Shown one piece after another: positions 37,791 through 47,350 of a stretch of 64,000 nucleotides of DNA; position 1 is the stretch's first letter, and each line of letters begins with the position of its first letter. The DNA comes from Patescibacteria group bacterium (GTDB lineage Bacteria; Patescibacteriota; JAQUNI01): NCBI GenBank assembly GCA_028717685.1, contig JAQUNI010000001.1, positions 143,451 to 207,450 on the forward strand. The letters run 5' to 3'. Below the pieces are notes generated by a model. It did not search any database and had not been told where the DNA came from. It was given only the letters and a program-made list of their open reading frames with translations. Made by a program: the position numbers and the translations under genes.

Positions 37791-37794
37791 CTAA

Positions 37795-38124
37795 TTACCT
37801 TTTGGTTACATCAGTCCCGACCGCGCGCAACATCGCATCGTGAATAATTTTAGAAGCAAAACCTTTCGCTCCGGAAGGATCAGGAATAATGGTAATCGCT
37901 GGAAAGGTTTGCTCATTTAATTGTTGAATCATCCCATAAATCTCTTCAGCCAAAGATTCAGGAATAAAAAGAACACCTAAATCATCTTGCGCGATTTGAT
38001 TGAGTCTCGCGCGCGCTTCGGCGCTATCCCTCACCGCGTATGTCTCCATTCCTAAAGCGTGGAAGCCTGCAATAGTTTCTTTTTTACCTATAATGCCAAT
38101 TTTCATATTCCGTGGTGAAATCAC
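37795..38124 (-). CDS. atpF: V/A-type ATP synthase subunit F
   Basis: 109 aa. MKIGIIGKKETIAGFHALGMETYAV matches the F-subunit fold. Confidence 0.7.
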   Translation of the reverse strand: MISPRNMKIGIIGKKETIAGFHALGMETYAVRDSAEARARLNQIAQDDLGVLFIPESLAEEIYGMIQQLNEQTFPAITIIPDPSGAKGFASKIIHDAMLRAVGTDVTKR

Positions 38125-38157
38125 CCGTAGAGACGTTGCACTGCAACGTCTCTACTT

Positions 38158-39129
38158 TTAGTATCCCACCAGCCTGTGAATTTCTGCGGACCCAATCCCA
38201 GCACTCTTCATCACCATAATTTTGTGAATCAGCTTTGTCTCCTCTACCTTTACCTGCCAAAAAGCGAAGACCGGCTCAATGCCCAGAATTTTATTCTGCG
38301 CTTTTTCTAAAATTTCAAATAAAATTCGGCGCGCCGCGAGCTCCAAAGAAAGCAGCCCTTCTTTTTCCACCTGCTCTTCAAGATGTTTAAATTCTGCCTG
38401 CTCTGCGAAATCGTCAATGGACTTAACAAATTTATCTTCATTAGAAATTTTAAACCGCCGCAAGGGAATCAAACCGCCGGGAATAAAATCCGCTTCCTTC
38501 CCTCCCTCACCCCGAATACGAAAATAAATTTTCACATTAAACAAATCAATCTCTCGCCGCAGAAAATCCTTCAAAATCTTAGATTTAATTCGCGCAAGTT
38601 CCCTTATTAAAATCTCAATATATTTACGATCTAAAATCAAATCAATTTCTTGAGGATCTTGATTTTTTTCATAATTTTCAAAAACTTCACGAATCACCCC
38701 ATTCAGATTGTCAGGCAATTCTTTTTTTGTCCCTTCTAAAATCACCTCCCGTAATGTATCCAATTCAATCGTTCCCAAGTTGTTTAATTGCACATTTTCC
38801 CCCTGAAATTTGAGTTTTATTAATGATTTGAGATTAAGAAAATCATACTTGAGCCATAAAAACCGCAAATCCTTATCTCGTGAAAAAAGTTTTAAAATCA
38901 AATCTTTAACCCCCTCTAAACCCTCATTTAAAACAACATCAAAATCTTTAGGGCCTTTAATGTCTCCTAAATACTGACCATAGTGAGTCTCATTGAAAAC
39001 ATGCAAAGCCTCCTCGGCGTTCTTCGCTTCAATCATTCTCTCAAAATCATTTTGATCCAAAAATTCCGACTCCAAAGTCTTCAAATAAGAAACGAGGTAA
39101 GCATTGTGGGTATGGTTTTGAGGAAACAT
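38158..39129 (-). CDS. atpC: V/A-type ATP synthase subunit C (d-subunit homolog)
   Basis: 323 aa, helical. Assigned from its position between E and F in the canonical operon. Confidence 0.65.
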   Translation of the reverse strand: MFPQNHTHNAYLVSYLKTLESEFLDQNDFERMIEAKNAEEALHVFNETHYGQYLGDIKGPKDFDVVLNEGLEGVKDLILKLFSRDKDLRFLWLKYDFLNLKSLIKLKFQGENVQLNNLGTIELDTLREVILEGTKKELPDNLNGVIREVFENYEKNQDPQEIDLILDRKYIEILIRELARIKSKILKDFLRREIDLFNVKIYFRIRGEGGKEADFIPGGLIPLRRFKISNEDKFVKSIDDFAEQAEFKHLEEQVEKEGLLSLELAARRILFEILEKAQNKILGIEPVFAFWQVKVEETKLIHKIMVMKSAGIGSAEIHRLVGY

Positions 39130-39210
39130 CTTCCTATAACGTGTAACCTCTAAACTTGTAACGCAAGAGTCCTTCTTGAATTACAAGTTTCTGGTTTCAG
39201 ATTACACGCG

Positions 39211-39801
39211 TTACTGAAATAAAATCTTCGCTACTTCACTTTCTAATTCCTGCCGCTTTTCTGCCATCAGATGGTCAAAAATATAATCTTCTTCCATAAA
39301 ATCGCTGGCCGCGATAAAACCGCCTTGACCATTCACTATCTTACTGGATAGCTTAAAACTGGAATGCTTTGGCACTAATTTTGCCAAAACCGATTGACTA
39401 TTCGCAGTCGGGATAATTTTCACTTTTTCCCCGCCCAAATGCTTGCGGACGTTTTTCAAAAACATTTCTAAAAGCTTCTGTCGCGCCACAGGCTCTTGTT
39501 TAGTTAAAGATTCTAAAGCACGGCTAAAAACTTCATCAATTAATGCTTGCTTTTTGCGTAAAAGATTATTCTTTGCTTCCCAGATGGCTTGGATCCTCAT
39601 CTGCTCTCTCAAAGCCTCCTGTAAATGCTTCATCTCTGCGGTAAAAACGCGATATCGCTCTTGGATTCTCTGCTTCACCTCATCCCTCATCTTTTGCGCC
39701 TCTTCTTTGGCTCCGGCTAAAATTTGCTCGGCTTCTTTCGCGCCTTCCGCTAAAATTTTCTCTTTGATGATTTCTAAAGACATCAAAATCCATTGCTTCA
39801 T
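39211..39801 (-). CDS. atpE: V/A-type ATP synthase subunit E
   Basis: 196 aa with an N-terminal long coiled coil (IIKEKILAEGAKEAEQILAGAKEEAQKMRDEVKQRIQE). Confidence 0.7.
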   Translation of the reverse strand: MKQWILMSLEIIKEKILAEGAKEAEQILAGAKEEAQKMRDEVKQRIQERYRVFTAEMKHLQEALREQMRIQAIWEAKNNLLRKKQALIDEVFSRALESLTKQEPVARQKLLEMFLKNVRKHLGGEKVKIIPTANSQSVLAKLVPKHSSFKLSSKIVNGQGGFIAASDFMEEDYIFDHLMAEKRQELESEVAKILFQ

Positions 39802-39900
39802 TGTTTCACCGTTTCATTGTTGAAAATCCGACAATGAAACAACCTCTCGCCTTTAACTAAAGATAAAAGAGTGAAAACAATGTAACAATAGCCTGTTACT

Positions 39901-40371
39901 TTATCCAATCTTAATCCCGTTTATCAGTAAGATTGTAGCCAGTAGTCCTAGAACCGCATAGGTTTCCACCATCGCCGCCATAATCACGCCCTTGCCTGCC
40001 GTAGATTCATCCTTCGTAATCATATGCAATCCGGCAACAGAAACGCGCGCCTGATAAATCGCCGAAATCAGACCACCTATGGCAACAGGAAGGCAGGACA
40101 AAAGTATTTGCCAGCCAATGGCAGTAGGAACTTCAAGGGGATTGCCAGCCAAAAGACCGACTTTTAAAAGCACCCAAAAACAACCCAAAAAACCATAAAT
40201 CCCCTGCGTAGCTGGCAATGCCTGAAGGAGTAAAACCTTACCAAAGATTTCACTCTTTTGACCGGTAACGCCTGCCCCGGCCTCTCCAGCCATACCTACC
40301 CCCAAAATAGAACCGATCCCTGCTAAAATAACCGAGGCTGCTGCTCCGATAATCGCAAGAACAAGACCCAT
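39901..40371 (-). CDS. atpK: V/A-type ATP synthase proteolipid subunit K (c-ring), with a candidate Na+-binding signature
   Basis: 156 aa with four TM helices. It has PATQGIY (T-Q-x-x-Y) in helix 2, Q in ISAIYQ in helix 3, and MVETYAV (E) in helix 4. Confidence 0.8.
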   Translation of the reverse strand: MGLVLAIIGAAASVILAGIGSILGVGMAGEAGAGVTGQKSEIFGKVLLLQALPATQGIYGFLGCFWVLLKVGLLAGNPLEVPTAIGWQILLSCLPVAIGGLISAIYQARVSVAGLHMITKDESTAGKGVIMAAMVETYAVLGLLATILLINGIKIG

Positions 40372-40454
40372 AAATTTAGGACGAATTTATGTCGGGGAAA
40401 TTTATTTGTATTTAACTAATCTTCCCACATAAATCCGCTATTAAACTTTATAAA

Positions 40455-40590
40455 TTTCTAATTCCTAATTGACCTAATTAACCTAAACAATAACTAATGA
40501 TTAATGCCAAAATGTCTAAATATTTGGTCATTCTGAAATTGGTCATTGGACATTATTTAGAATAATTAGAATAATTAGAACAATTAGGTT
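40455..40590. repeat. Family E nonamer array element, copy 2 (between atpI and atpK)
   Basis: ctaattgacctaattaacctaaac ... ttagaataattagaataattagaacaattaggttaatt. It uses the same 9-mer units as 24085-24245, in reversed order. Confidence 0.6.
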
Positions 40591-42541
40591 AATTCCCCTT
40601 TATCTTCGTAAACCTATATTCCCTCTTGAGCGGCTTAAACATCCTCCCTCCGCCTTCCATAAACTTCGGAAAAAATTCCACGAACTGCAGACGCGCGGAA
40701 TGAATAAAGCCGCCTAAAATGTTAATCCCCATATTGAAAAGATGCCCGCCAATCAAAATCGGAATCATCACCAGCACGCCTACATAAGGAACCATATCGC
40801 GAAAAAGCAAAGCGATCACATTAATCACTAACCCGATAATACTGGTGGTTAAACCTAAAGCCAGAAGCCGTGAATATGACAAGATATCCGAAAGCATCCC
40901 TACGACTTTATAAAGCGACAAAAGACCGCTAGTAAACTTCAAAAAGATATTCTTTTTCTGATACCCTTGGGTCAAAACTAAAATTGCAGCGAAACCAATC
41001 ACGGTATAGCCCCCGATTTTAGCCAAAGATGGAAAAAATAATTTCGTGATTCCAAAAAAAATAATCGCCAAGATCGCCCACACCCAAATAAAATCCCCTA
41101 ATAGGGCTTCCTTAATCCTTTTTTTTGATAAAAGATATTTCACATTCACCATCCGCGCAAACCAAGATTGCAACAACCCAAATAACAAAGAAATAATCAT
41201 AATTTGCAAAGGACTTTTAATCGGATCAATAACCTGCAGGGAAAGAAGAAAATCGCGCAAGCTTGATGCTGGGAGATCTATTAAGCTGATGCTGAAATAG
41301 GCTCCGTAAAGCACCCCAACGATGATTGTGGTAATACTGCAATAAATCATTAATTTAAAAAGGCGCTTCACCCCCTCTGACAACTTCAAATATTTCACCG
41401 CTGCCACACTGGCAATCAAAAGGACAATGCCATAACCAGCATCGGAAAGGCACATCCCAAAAAATATCGCGAAAAAGAAGGATAAATAAGGGGTGGGGTC
41501 TAATTCATTATATTCTGGAAGGCCGTAGATTCGGGTTACGGATTCAAAGGGCTCCATAAGGTTTCTATTAGCCACAATCACTGGCACCCGTTCACCCTTT
41601 TCTTTCTCTGTCTTTTCTAAATAAACACCAGGAAATTTTGGAGGCAAAATTCGCTGTAATCTTTTAAAACCAAAGCTGGAAGTCCAGCCAGAAATAAAAC
41701 TCATATAGCGCGTATCTTCTATCCAACCTGTTGTATCTTTCACTTTCTTCTTATTCTGCCAGTAATCATAAACCATTTTGACCTTTCTTTCCTCGCGGCT
41801 TGCCCGCTTGATTTGCTTTAAGACATCTCTTTTTAATTTATGAATTTCTTCCAGCCTTTCTTCTATTTTTTGAATCTCCGCGGCGGGCGTATTCTCGCAA
41901 GGCAAAACAACAATGCTAAAACCCGTGCTTTGTAAATCGCGCAAAAAGGTCTCTTCATTTTTCTTGAGGTATGTGATCACCAGATAATAATCCTTGACCT
42001 CCTCTTTGACTTTGCGAATATTCACCTCGCCATCCACCACCTTTTTTAAATTGGATAAAGCTTGCGCCGGAAGAACACCCAAGATTGATTTGGTTCTTCC
42101 AGTTTCCAAATCCGCCCGCATCAAACCTAAAGTCTGCCACGGCCTTAAGATCTCCATTTTTTCTATCTGTTCTTTTTCCTCTATTTGCAACCTGACCAAA
42201 TCATTATCCCATTTTTTAAGATCATTCACTAACTTTGAATAATCAAAACTTCGGCAAATTTTTTCAAAATCCTGGTGGGAAAATTCTAGCGGACCAGCCA
42301 AAAATTTTTTGATTCCCGTTAGCGCCCCTTCTTTTTCTTTCACCACGCGCTCCTTAAAAAGATCCAAGACAAAATCCAATTCCGCAAGCAATAAATCAAT
42401 TTCGTGCTCACTAGATGGTTCTTCTTTTTTTGTCCGCACATCCACAACTTCCACATCTCCCCTTTCCTGCAAATAAGAAAGGAGCGCGCTCTTCTGGTGT
42501 TTACGAACCACGATATTAAATTTTTGCATCGGAATGATCAT
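40589..42541 (-). CDS. atpI: V/A-type ATP synthase subunit I (a-subunit)
   Basis: 650 aa with an N-terminal soluble coiled-coil domain and a C-terminal region of about 7 TM helices. Confidence 0.8.
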   Translation of the reverse strand: MIIPMQKFNIVVRKHQKSALLSYLQERGDVEVVDVRTKKEEPSSEHEIDLLLAELDFVLDLFKERVVKEKEGALTGIKKFLAGPLEFSHQDFEKICRSFDYSKLVNDLKKWDNDLVRLQIEEKEQIEKMEILRPWQTLGLMRADLETGRTKSILGVLPAQALSNLKKVVDGEVNIRKVKEEVKDYYLVITYLKKNEETFLRDLQSTGFSIVVLPCENTPAAEIQKIEERLEEIHKLKRDVLKQIKRASREERKVKMVYDYWQNKKKVKDTTGWIEDTRYMSFISGWTSSFGFKRLQRILPPKFPGVYLEKTEKEKGERVPVIVANRNLMEPFESVTRIYGLPEYNELDPTPYLSFFFAIFFGMCLSDAGYGIVLLIASVAAVKYLKLSEGVKRLFKLMIYCSITTIIVGVLYGAYFSISLIDLPASSLRDFLLSLQVIDPIKSPLQIMIISLLFGLLQSWFARMVNVKYLLSKKRIKEALLGDFIWVWAILAIIFFGITKLFFPSLAKIGGYTVIGFAAILVLTQGYQKKNIFLKFTSGLLSLYKVVGMLSDILSYSRLLALGLTTSIIGLVINVIALLFRDMVPYVGVLVMIPILIGGHLFNMGINILGGFIHSARLQFVEFFPKFMEGGGRMFKPLKREYRFTKIKGN

Positions 42542-42593
42542 AAAATCTGATTAATTTAGGCCACGAAGATAGTTAAGCAAGAATTAAAATTCT

Positions 42594-42923
42594 CTAAATT
42601 TCGTTTAAAATTTTCTCTACTACAAAATCCGCCGCTGTTTCAGTTTTACCCTGCGCCTTCGCGGCGATACTTCCGACCTCCTTCTCATTATCTTCTAAAA
42701 TTTCTTTTTCTATCTTCTTTGCTTCTTCAGCCGCGGTTTTTAAAACCTGCTCTTTTTGTTTTAAAAAGTTTTCTTCTTCTCTCTTTATTGCTACTTCTGA
42801 CTCTAAGCGCCCCCTCTCTAAAATCTTTTCTTTTTCTTTGTGCGCCCTTTCTACTATTCTCTGCGCTTCGGCTTCTACTTTTTTAATTTCTTTCAAGGTT
42901 TGTGTTGACGACATTGGTTTCAA
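42594..42923 (-). CDS. atpH: V/A-type ATP synthase subunit H/G-like small coiled-coil subunit
   Basis: 109 aa, all alpha-helical and charged. It is the first gene of the operon, as in ahaH. Confidence 0.5.
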   Translation of the reverse strand: MKPMSSTQTLKEIKKVEAEAQRIVERAHKEKEKILERGRLESEVAIKREEENFLKQKEQVLKTAAEEAKKIEKEILEDNEKEVGSIAAKAQGKTETAADFVVEKILNEI

Positions 42924-43054
42924 AAATTAGCCAAAATAAAAAAATTCTTAAGAAAAAGACATTCAATGCCTAGTTTACTCTAAATTGCAGAAAAAGCAAG
43001 AGATAAATTGTGGATAATCTAAATAAAAAAACCGCCTTCTTATAAAAGGCGGGG

Positions 43055-43555
43055 TTAATCTCTGTATCGTGCCCGATCTGGGACTAATTGAACTAGGCAT
43101 CCTGGAATTTCCCAAAAATTCCTTTTGCTAGCATATCCCGCGTCAAAAGCATCAATTAAGATATGGAAGCAATAAGCAATAATTGGCCAGAAGCTATGGG
43201 TCAAGAACCATGCGCCCAGTATGATAAGCGTAGCCATTGGCCAAGTGTGAAAGAGATTCGCTTTTTTACCCTCGCTCTTAATCCAAGCTTGCCTAAAAGG
43301 AATTTTATCTTGCTTGCGAATCCTTAATGCTATTTTCACTCGTTTCCAGTGGAAAAGATGATCCACGTCCACCAGAACGCCTAGGCAAAAAATAATTGTC
43401 ACAACCCGTGCAGAGTGCCATCCGAAACTTAAAGTCGTTGCCAAATTGTTTAACCAATAAGCCACAAAAACGAAAGTAGTACCTACTATATGTGTTCTCG
43501 AGCTAGCCATTTCATAACCTCCTTCACTATTCTGAACAACAAGAAAACGCGCCAT
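43055..43555 (-). CDS. Hypothetical integral membrane protein (possibly DUF457/YdjM-like metal-dependent membrane hydrolase)
   Basis: 166-aa ORF with 4 TM helices and His/Asp-rich loops. The likely start is MASS.. at the internal Met. Confidence 0.35.
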   Translation of the reverse strand: MARFLVVQNSEGGYEMASSRTHIVGTTFVFVAYWLNNLATTLSFGWHSARVVTIIFCLGVLVDVDHLFHWKRVKIALRIRKQDKIPFRQAWIKSEGKKANLFHTWPMATLIILGAWFLTHSFWPIIAYCFHILIDAFDAGYASKRNFWEIPGCLVQLVPDRARYRD

Positions 43556-43743
43556 ACCATACCATGATTAAAGTACTATTATCTAAAGAGCAATATTTTA
43601 TTTAACCATAAAATCAAAAATAAATCAAGAGTTTGCAACTAATAATTTACTTGCTATCCTAAACATTACAATCTAATATAGAATTGGAGGGAAACGATCT
43701 TTTCAAAATTACGCTACCCCTTACAAGGGATGGGAGGAAATCT

Positions 43744-44979
43744 ATGCCAGACAAGTATAGAACAGAAATTATTGATCCGGGCGACCAAGCTTCACATCTT
43801 GCCCACGAAGTCTGCGTCCAAAGCTACTCTAATTGTCCAGCGGTCATTATTATTCCGCACCAACCGGGGAATTTTCGCGGACCAGTCGGTTTTCTTTGGA
43901 AGCCGCACATCCTGGAAGCGATGGCGAGAAACAGGGTTGATCCCCAAAGCGAGGCATTAACCCATTGGGAAATGCTCCAAGAGGTGGAAAATGACGGCGC
44001 TGGCGGCAAACCCCAATTTTTCACGCTGCTGGGAATACCTGAATTCTTTCAACGTCTGGGCTTCGAGATTATCACAATGACTGCCGATGATTTCGCCCGC
44101 TCTGGAAGATTTCCCGCAGTGATGGTGAATGAAATAAACGCGAAAAGGATTACCGCGGAAAACTTCCCTCTCTTTAAAGCCACAATGGAAGGATACGGCG
44201 AGGCGCTGAAACAATCTGGACTTGTGAATATCACCGGCGAAATTGCTATAATGAAACACAGCATCACTGCTTTCTGCGACACGAGATCTTCAGCAGAATT
44301 TATTCTCACTTGGGGAGGCACTTGTATCGGCTTAGCCCACCGTGATCTCTTGACTGATGGGTCGGAAATCAAGCCCGGAATGCCGATTGTCGGATTCTGG
44401 GAGCCGGGCTACCGTTGCAACGGCGGCACATTCTTCACCAACTTAATCCTAAAAAAATTCGGACCGGAGATACAAAGAATCAAAGATAATCCGCGAGCTC
44501 TGGACTTTATCGCCAATTTAACCATACCTTCCAGAAGTTACGCCCGCACTATTACACGTATCGCGGGCTGGTATCCGGACGGAAGTATCGGCAAGCCGCT
44601 AGCTAAGATTTACGGCATTGCCCATATCACCGGCGGCGGGGTCTGGAAAAAATTTGGCGAGTTGCTGCCCGAAGGCGTTGGAGCGAATCTTGACTCTATG
44701 CCCGAACCTGCCGAGGTTTTAAGACAAGGTCAGGAACTTTCTTGGGATCTTCCGGATTTAAGACTCACGGACAGACAAGCCTATGGCACGCTCCACGGCG
44801 GTTGCGGTATGCTTATTATATGCGCAAAAAATGACGCGGAAAAAATTATCGCGGAGGCAAAAAAAGATATAATCCGCGCAGAAGTGGTTGGCGAAACAAC
44901 AATATCGCCGGACAGAGAGGTAATTATTCACTCACGTTTCAAGGAAGGCGGAATCCTTTCTTCAAAAGATCGGGAATAA
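43744..44979 (+). CDS. AIR-synthase-related (PurM-like) family protein
   Basis: ITGEIAIM and GIAHITGGGV resemble PurM-superfamily motifs. The start is assigned to the ATG at 43744 with a GGGAGG Shine-Dalgarno 6 nt upstream. The ORF track begins at TTG 43684. Confidence 0.5.
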   Translation: MPDKYRTEIIDPGDQASHLAHEVCVQSYSNCPAVIIIPHQPGNFRGPVGFLWKPHILEAMARNRVDPQSEALTHWEMLQEVENDGAGGKPQFFTLLGIPEFFQRLGFEIITMTADDFARSGRFPAVMVNEINAKRITAENFPLFKATMEGYGEALKQSGLVNITGEIAIMKHSITAFCDTRSSAEFILTWGGTCIGLAHRDLLTDGSEIKPGMPIVGFWEPGYRCNGGTFFTNLILKKFGPEIQRIKDNPRALDFIANLTIPSRSYARTITRIAGWYPDGSIGKPLAKIYGIAHITGGGVWKKFGELLPEGVGANLDSMPEPAEVLRQGQELSWDLPDLRLTDRQAYGTLHGGCGMLIICAKNDAEKIIAEAKKDIIRAEVVGETTISPDREVIIHSRFKEGGILSSKDRE

Positions 44980-44992
44980 AAAACACTATATA

Positions 44993-45020
44993 GGAAGAGT
45001 TTAATTCTCTTCCTTTTTTT
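44993..45020 (+). terminator. Rho-independent terminator after the PurM-like gene
   Basis: A ggaagagtttaattctcttcc hairpin followed by ttttttt. Confidence 0.6.
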
Positions 45021-45294
45021 GTAGAAATATAAATGGCATTACAAAAAATTGTCTTTAACATAAAAGGCTTGCTCGAAATAGCAAGCCAGCTAAAAAAATA
45101 CTATCTCCTAATATCTAGGTTATGTCTTTTTTACAGGTTCTCTTTTTATTTCAGGACAGGGCCATTTCCCGCAATACAAACCGCCAATTAAATCTTGATC
45201 TTCAGTATGAATAAAACTCAAAACTACAATTTAAAAAATTTTCATTTTAAATCATAGTTTTGAATTTGCAATTTGAGTTTTGAATTTTCAATAG

Positions 45295-45368
45295 TGCGCG
45301 CGGAGGGAATCGAACCCCCGACCGTCTCCTTAAAAGGGAGCTGCTCTACCTAACTGAGCTACGCGCGC
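45295..45368 (-). tRNA. tRNA-Lys (anticodon UUU)
   Basis: The minus strand reads gcgcgcgTAgctcagttaggtagagcAgctccCTTTTAAggagacggtcgggggttcgattccctccgcgcgcA. It folds as a cloverleaf with a T-loop TTCGATT. CCA is not encoded. Confidence 0.85.
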
Positions 45369-45469
45369 TCGCAACGAAAAAACAAATATAAAAAATGATT
45401 TTGACTTCCCGATTATATACAAAAAATCCCCCCTTGTCAAAACTTTTGCATTTAAAAAGGAAGGAGGAC

Positions 45470-45979
45470 TTAGTCTTTTTCTCTACGCCAAAGGATAAAA
45501 CCCGAAATCAACATCAAGACTGCCGGCGCTAAAAACCACCACATCCGATAGTCAATAATATAAGATGAGAGACGAGAAAAAGTTAAAATTTGAATCTCTA
45601 ATTCTGAATTTAAGAATAAACTTAAAATGGATAAAAGCATCGCGGCAAGCAAAAAACCGTAAATGCCAGACATCACTAAATTGACCATTCCCTTTTTGCC
45701 GGAACTTGCGGCTAAATATTCCGCCCAAAGTGCCAACAGAACCATTATTACTAAAAACAAGCCTATTTTGAGTGCGGGAGATGCCCAAATCCCGTAACTT
45801 TCAATATTCAAAACATTATTCAAACAGCTGACAACTTTATTCCCGACCTCATTCACTACCACGAAACTAATGTAACTGGAAACAAAAAGCACCACGATTT
45901 GCCCTTTCCGGAAAATAAAACCATAACCAGCGCCGATCGCTAAAAATAAAATTAGTCCAAAATCCCAAGTAGAAAACAT
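45470..45979 (-). CDS. Small 4-TM membrane protein (CvpA-like)
   Basis: 169 aa. The hydrophobic profile and length resemble the CvpA family. This is a weak call. Confidence 0.35.
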   Translation of the reverse strand: MFSTWDFGLILFLAIGAGYGFIFRKGQIVVLFVSSYISFVVVNEVGNKVVSCLNNVLNIESYGIWASPALKIGLFLVIMVLLALWAEYLAASSGKKGMVNLVMSGIYGFLLAAMLLSILSLFLNSELEIQILTFSRLSSYIIDYRMWWFLAPAVLMLISGFILWRREKD

Positions 45980-46098
45980 AAGTTTTTTTGCCCGCAGAAT
46001 AATAGAAGGCGGACCTGCCCACCGAAGCTGAATAGTAGCACCGGTGGGTTTTTGTTTTTATTTGAATTTAATCAACCTTTTAGTATTATACCACTTTT

Positions 46099-47247
46099 TT
46101 AGAAAAAATTCCAAAATCCCTTATCTTTATCCACATTCGCCGTTTCGCCTCCCTCGTTCTCCAGTTCTCTAAGGAGCGCTCTTTCCCGCCGCGAAAGATG
46201 CCTCGGCACAATTACGTTAACCTTAACCAATTGATCGCCGCGGCCACGACCGCCAAGATGAGGAATGCCTTTTTCGGAAAGCTTAAAGATCTTGCCCGAT
46301 TGGGTTCCCGCTGGAATTTTTAATTTCACCGCGCCATCATAGGTCTTAACCCTCACTTCCCCGCCTAAAGCGGCTTGAGTAAAAGAAATATTTAAGGCGG
46401 TTAAAACATCGTCTCTTTGACGCTCAAAATAACTAGAAGGTTTAATATGAATATTTAAATAAAGATCGCCGGAAGCCGCGCCGCGCACCCCCGCCTCGCC
46501 TTTGCCTTCCACCTTAATTGTTTCGCTGTCGCGCACTCCCGCTGGTATCTCCACAACAATCCTCTCCTCATCCACCACCCGACCCGTGCCCGAGCAGCGC
46601 GCGCAGGGATGATTCACTTTTTTTCCTTCCCCTCCACATTCAGGGCAGGGAGACACTTGGGAAAAATTCCCCAAGAAAGTCTGCCGCGTAATCCTCACCT
46701 GCCCCGTTCCTTTACAACGGGGACATTCTGTAACCTTGCTCCCCGGCTCTGCGCCGCGACCGTGGCAACGGCTGCATACTACCTCTTTGCGCAAGCGCAT
46801 TGTCTCCCGCGAGCCCGTAAAGACTTTTCCAAAATCTAATTCCAAATCCGCTTGAATGTCCGCGCCGCGCCCTCCCTGCCTCTCGCGCCGGCGGCTCCCG
46901 CCAAAACCGAACATATCCGAAAAGATATCGCCTAAATCAAAATCTGCAAAATTCGCGTTAGAACCTTGGCTACGAAAATTATTAAAATCAAAGCCTGAAA
47001 AACCAGAAAAGCCAGCGCCTCCGCCCGAGGCTCCGGCTTCGCCAAAAGTAGTGCCGAATTGGTCATACTGGGCGCGCTTCTTCGGATTTCCCAAAACCTG
47101 ATAGGCTTCATTTAGTTCCTTAAACTTAGCCTCATTGCCTCCATCTTTATCCGGATGATGCTGGTGCGCCAATTTTCGAAAGGCTTTTTTAATTTCTTCT
47201 TGGGTGGCGCTTTTAGAAACGCCGAGAGTAGAATAGTAGTCTTTCAT
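46099..47247 (-). CDS. dnaJ: Molecular chaperone DnaJ
   Basis: 382 aa. Has a J-domain (DYYSTLGVSKSATQEEIKKAFRKLAHQHHPDK), a G/F region and four CxxCxGxG zinc-finger repeats. Confidence 0.93.
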   Translation of the reverse strand: MKDYYSTLGVSKSATQEEIKKAFRKLAHQHHPDKDGGNEAKFKELNEAYQVLGNPKKRAQYDQFGTTFGEAGASGGGAGFSGFSGFDFNNFRSQGSNANFADFDLGDIFSDMFGFGGSRRRERQGGRGADIQADLELDFGKVFTGSRETMRLRKEVVCSRCHGRGAEPGSKVTECPRCKGTGQVRITRQTFLGNFSQVSPCPECGGEGKKVNHPCARCSGTGRVVDEERIVVEIPAGVRDSETIKVEGKGEAGVRGAASGDLYLNIHIKPSSYFERQRDDVLTALNISFTQAALGGEVRVKTYDGAVKLKIPAGTQSGKIFKLSEKGIPHLGGRGRGDQLVKVNVIVPRHLSRRERALLRELENEGGETANVDKDKGFWNFF

Positions 47248-47250
47248 AGT

Positions 47251-47350
47251 TTGTAATCAGTAATTGGTAATTAGTAACTAGTAATTCCGCAGACCAAATG
47301 TAGTTATCCCCAATTACTGATTACTGATTACTAGTTACTAATTACTAATT
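47251..47350. repeat. 100-bp near-palindrome built from TTACTRA heptamers, in the DUF296-dnaJ spacer
   Basis: The left arm is gtaatcagtaattggtaattagtaactagtaatt. The right arm is aattactgattactgattactagttactaattactaatt. Confidence 0.7.
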
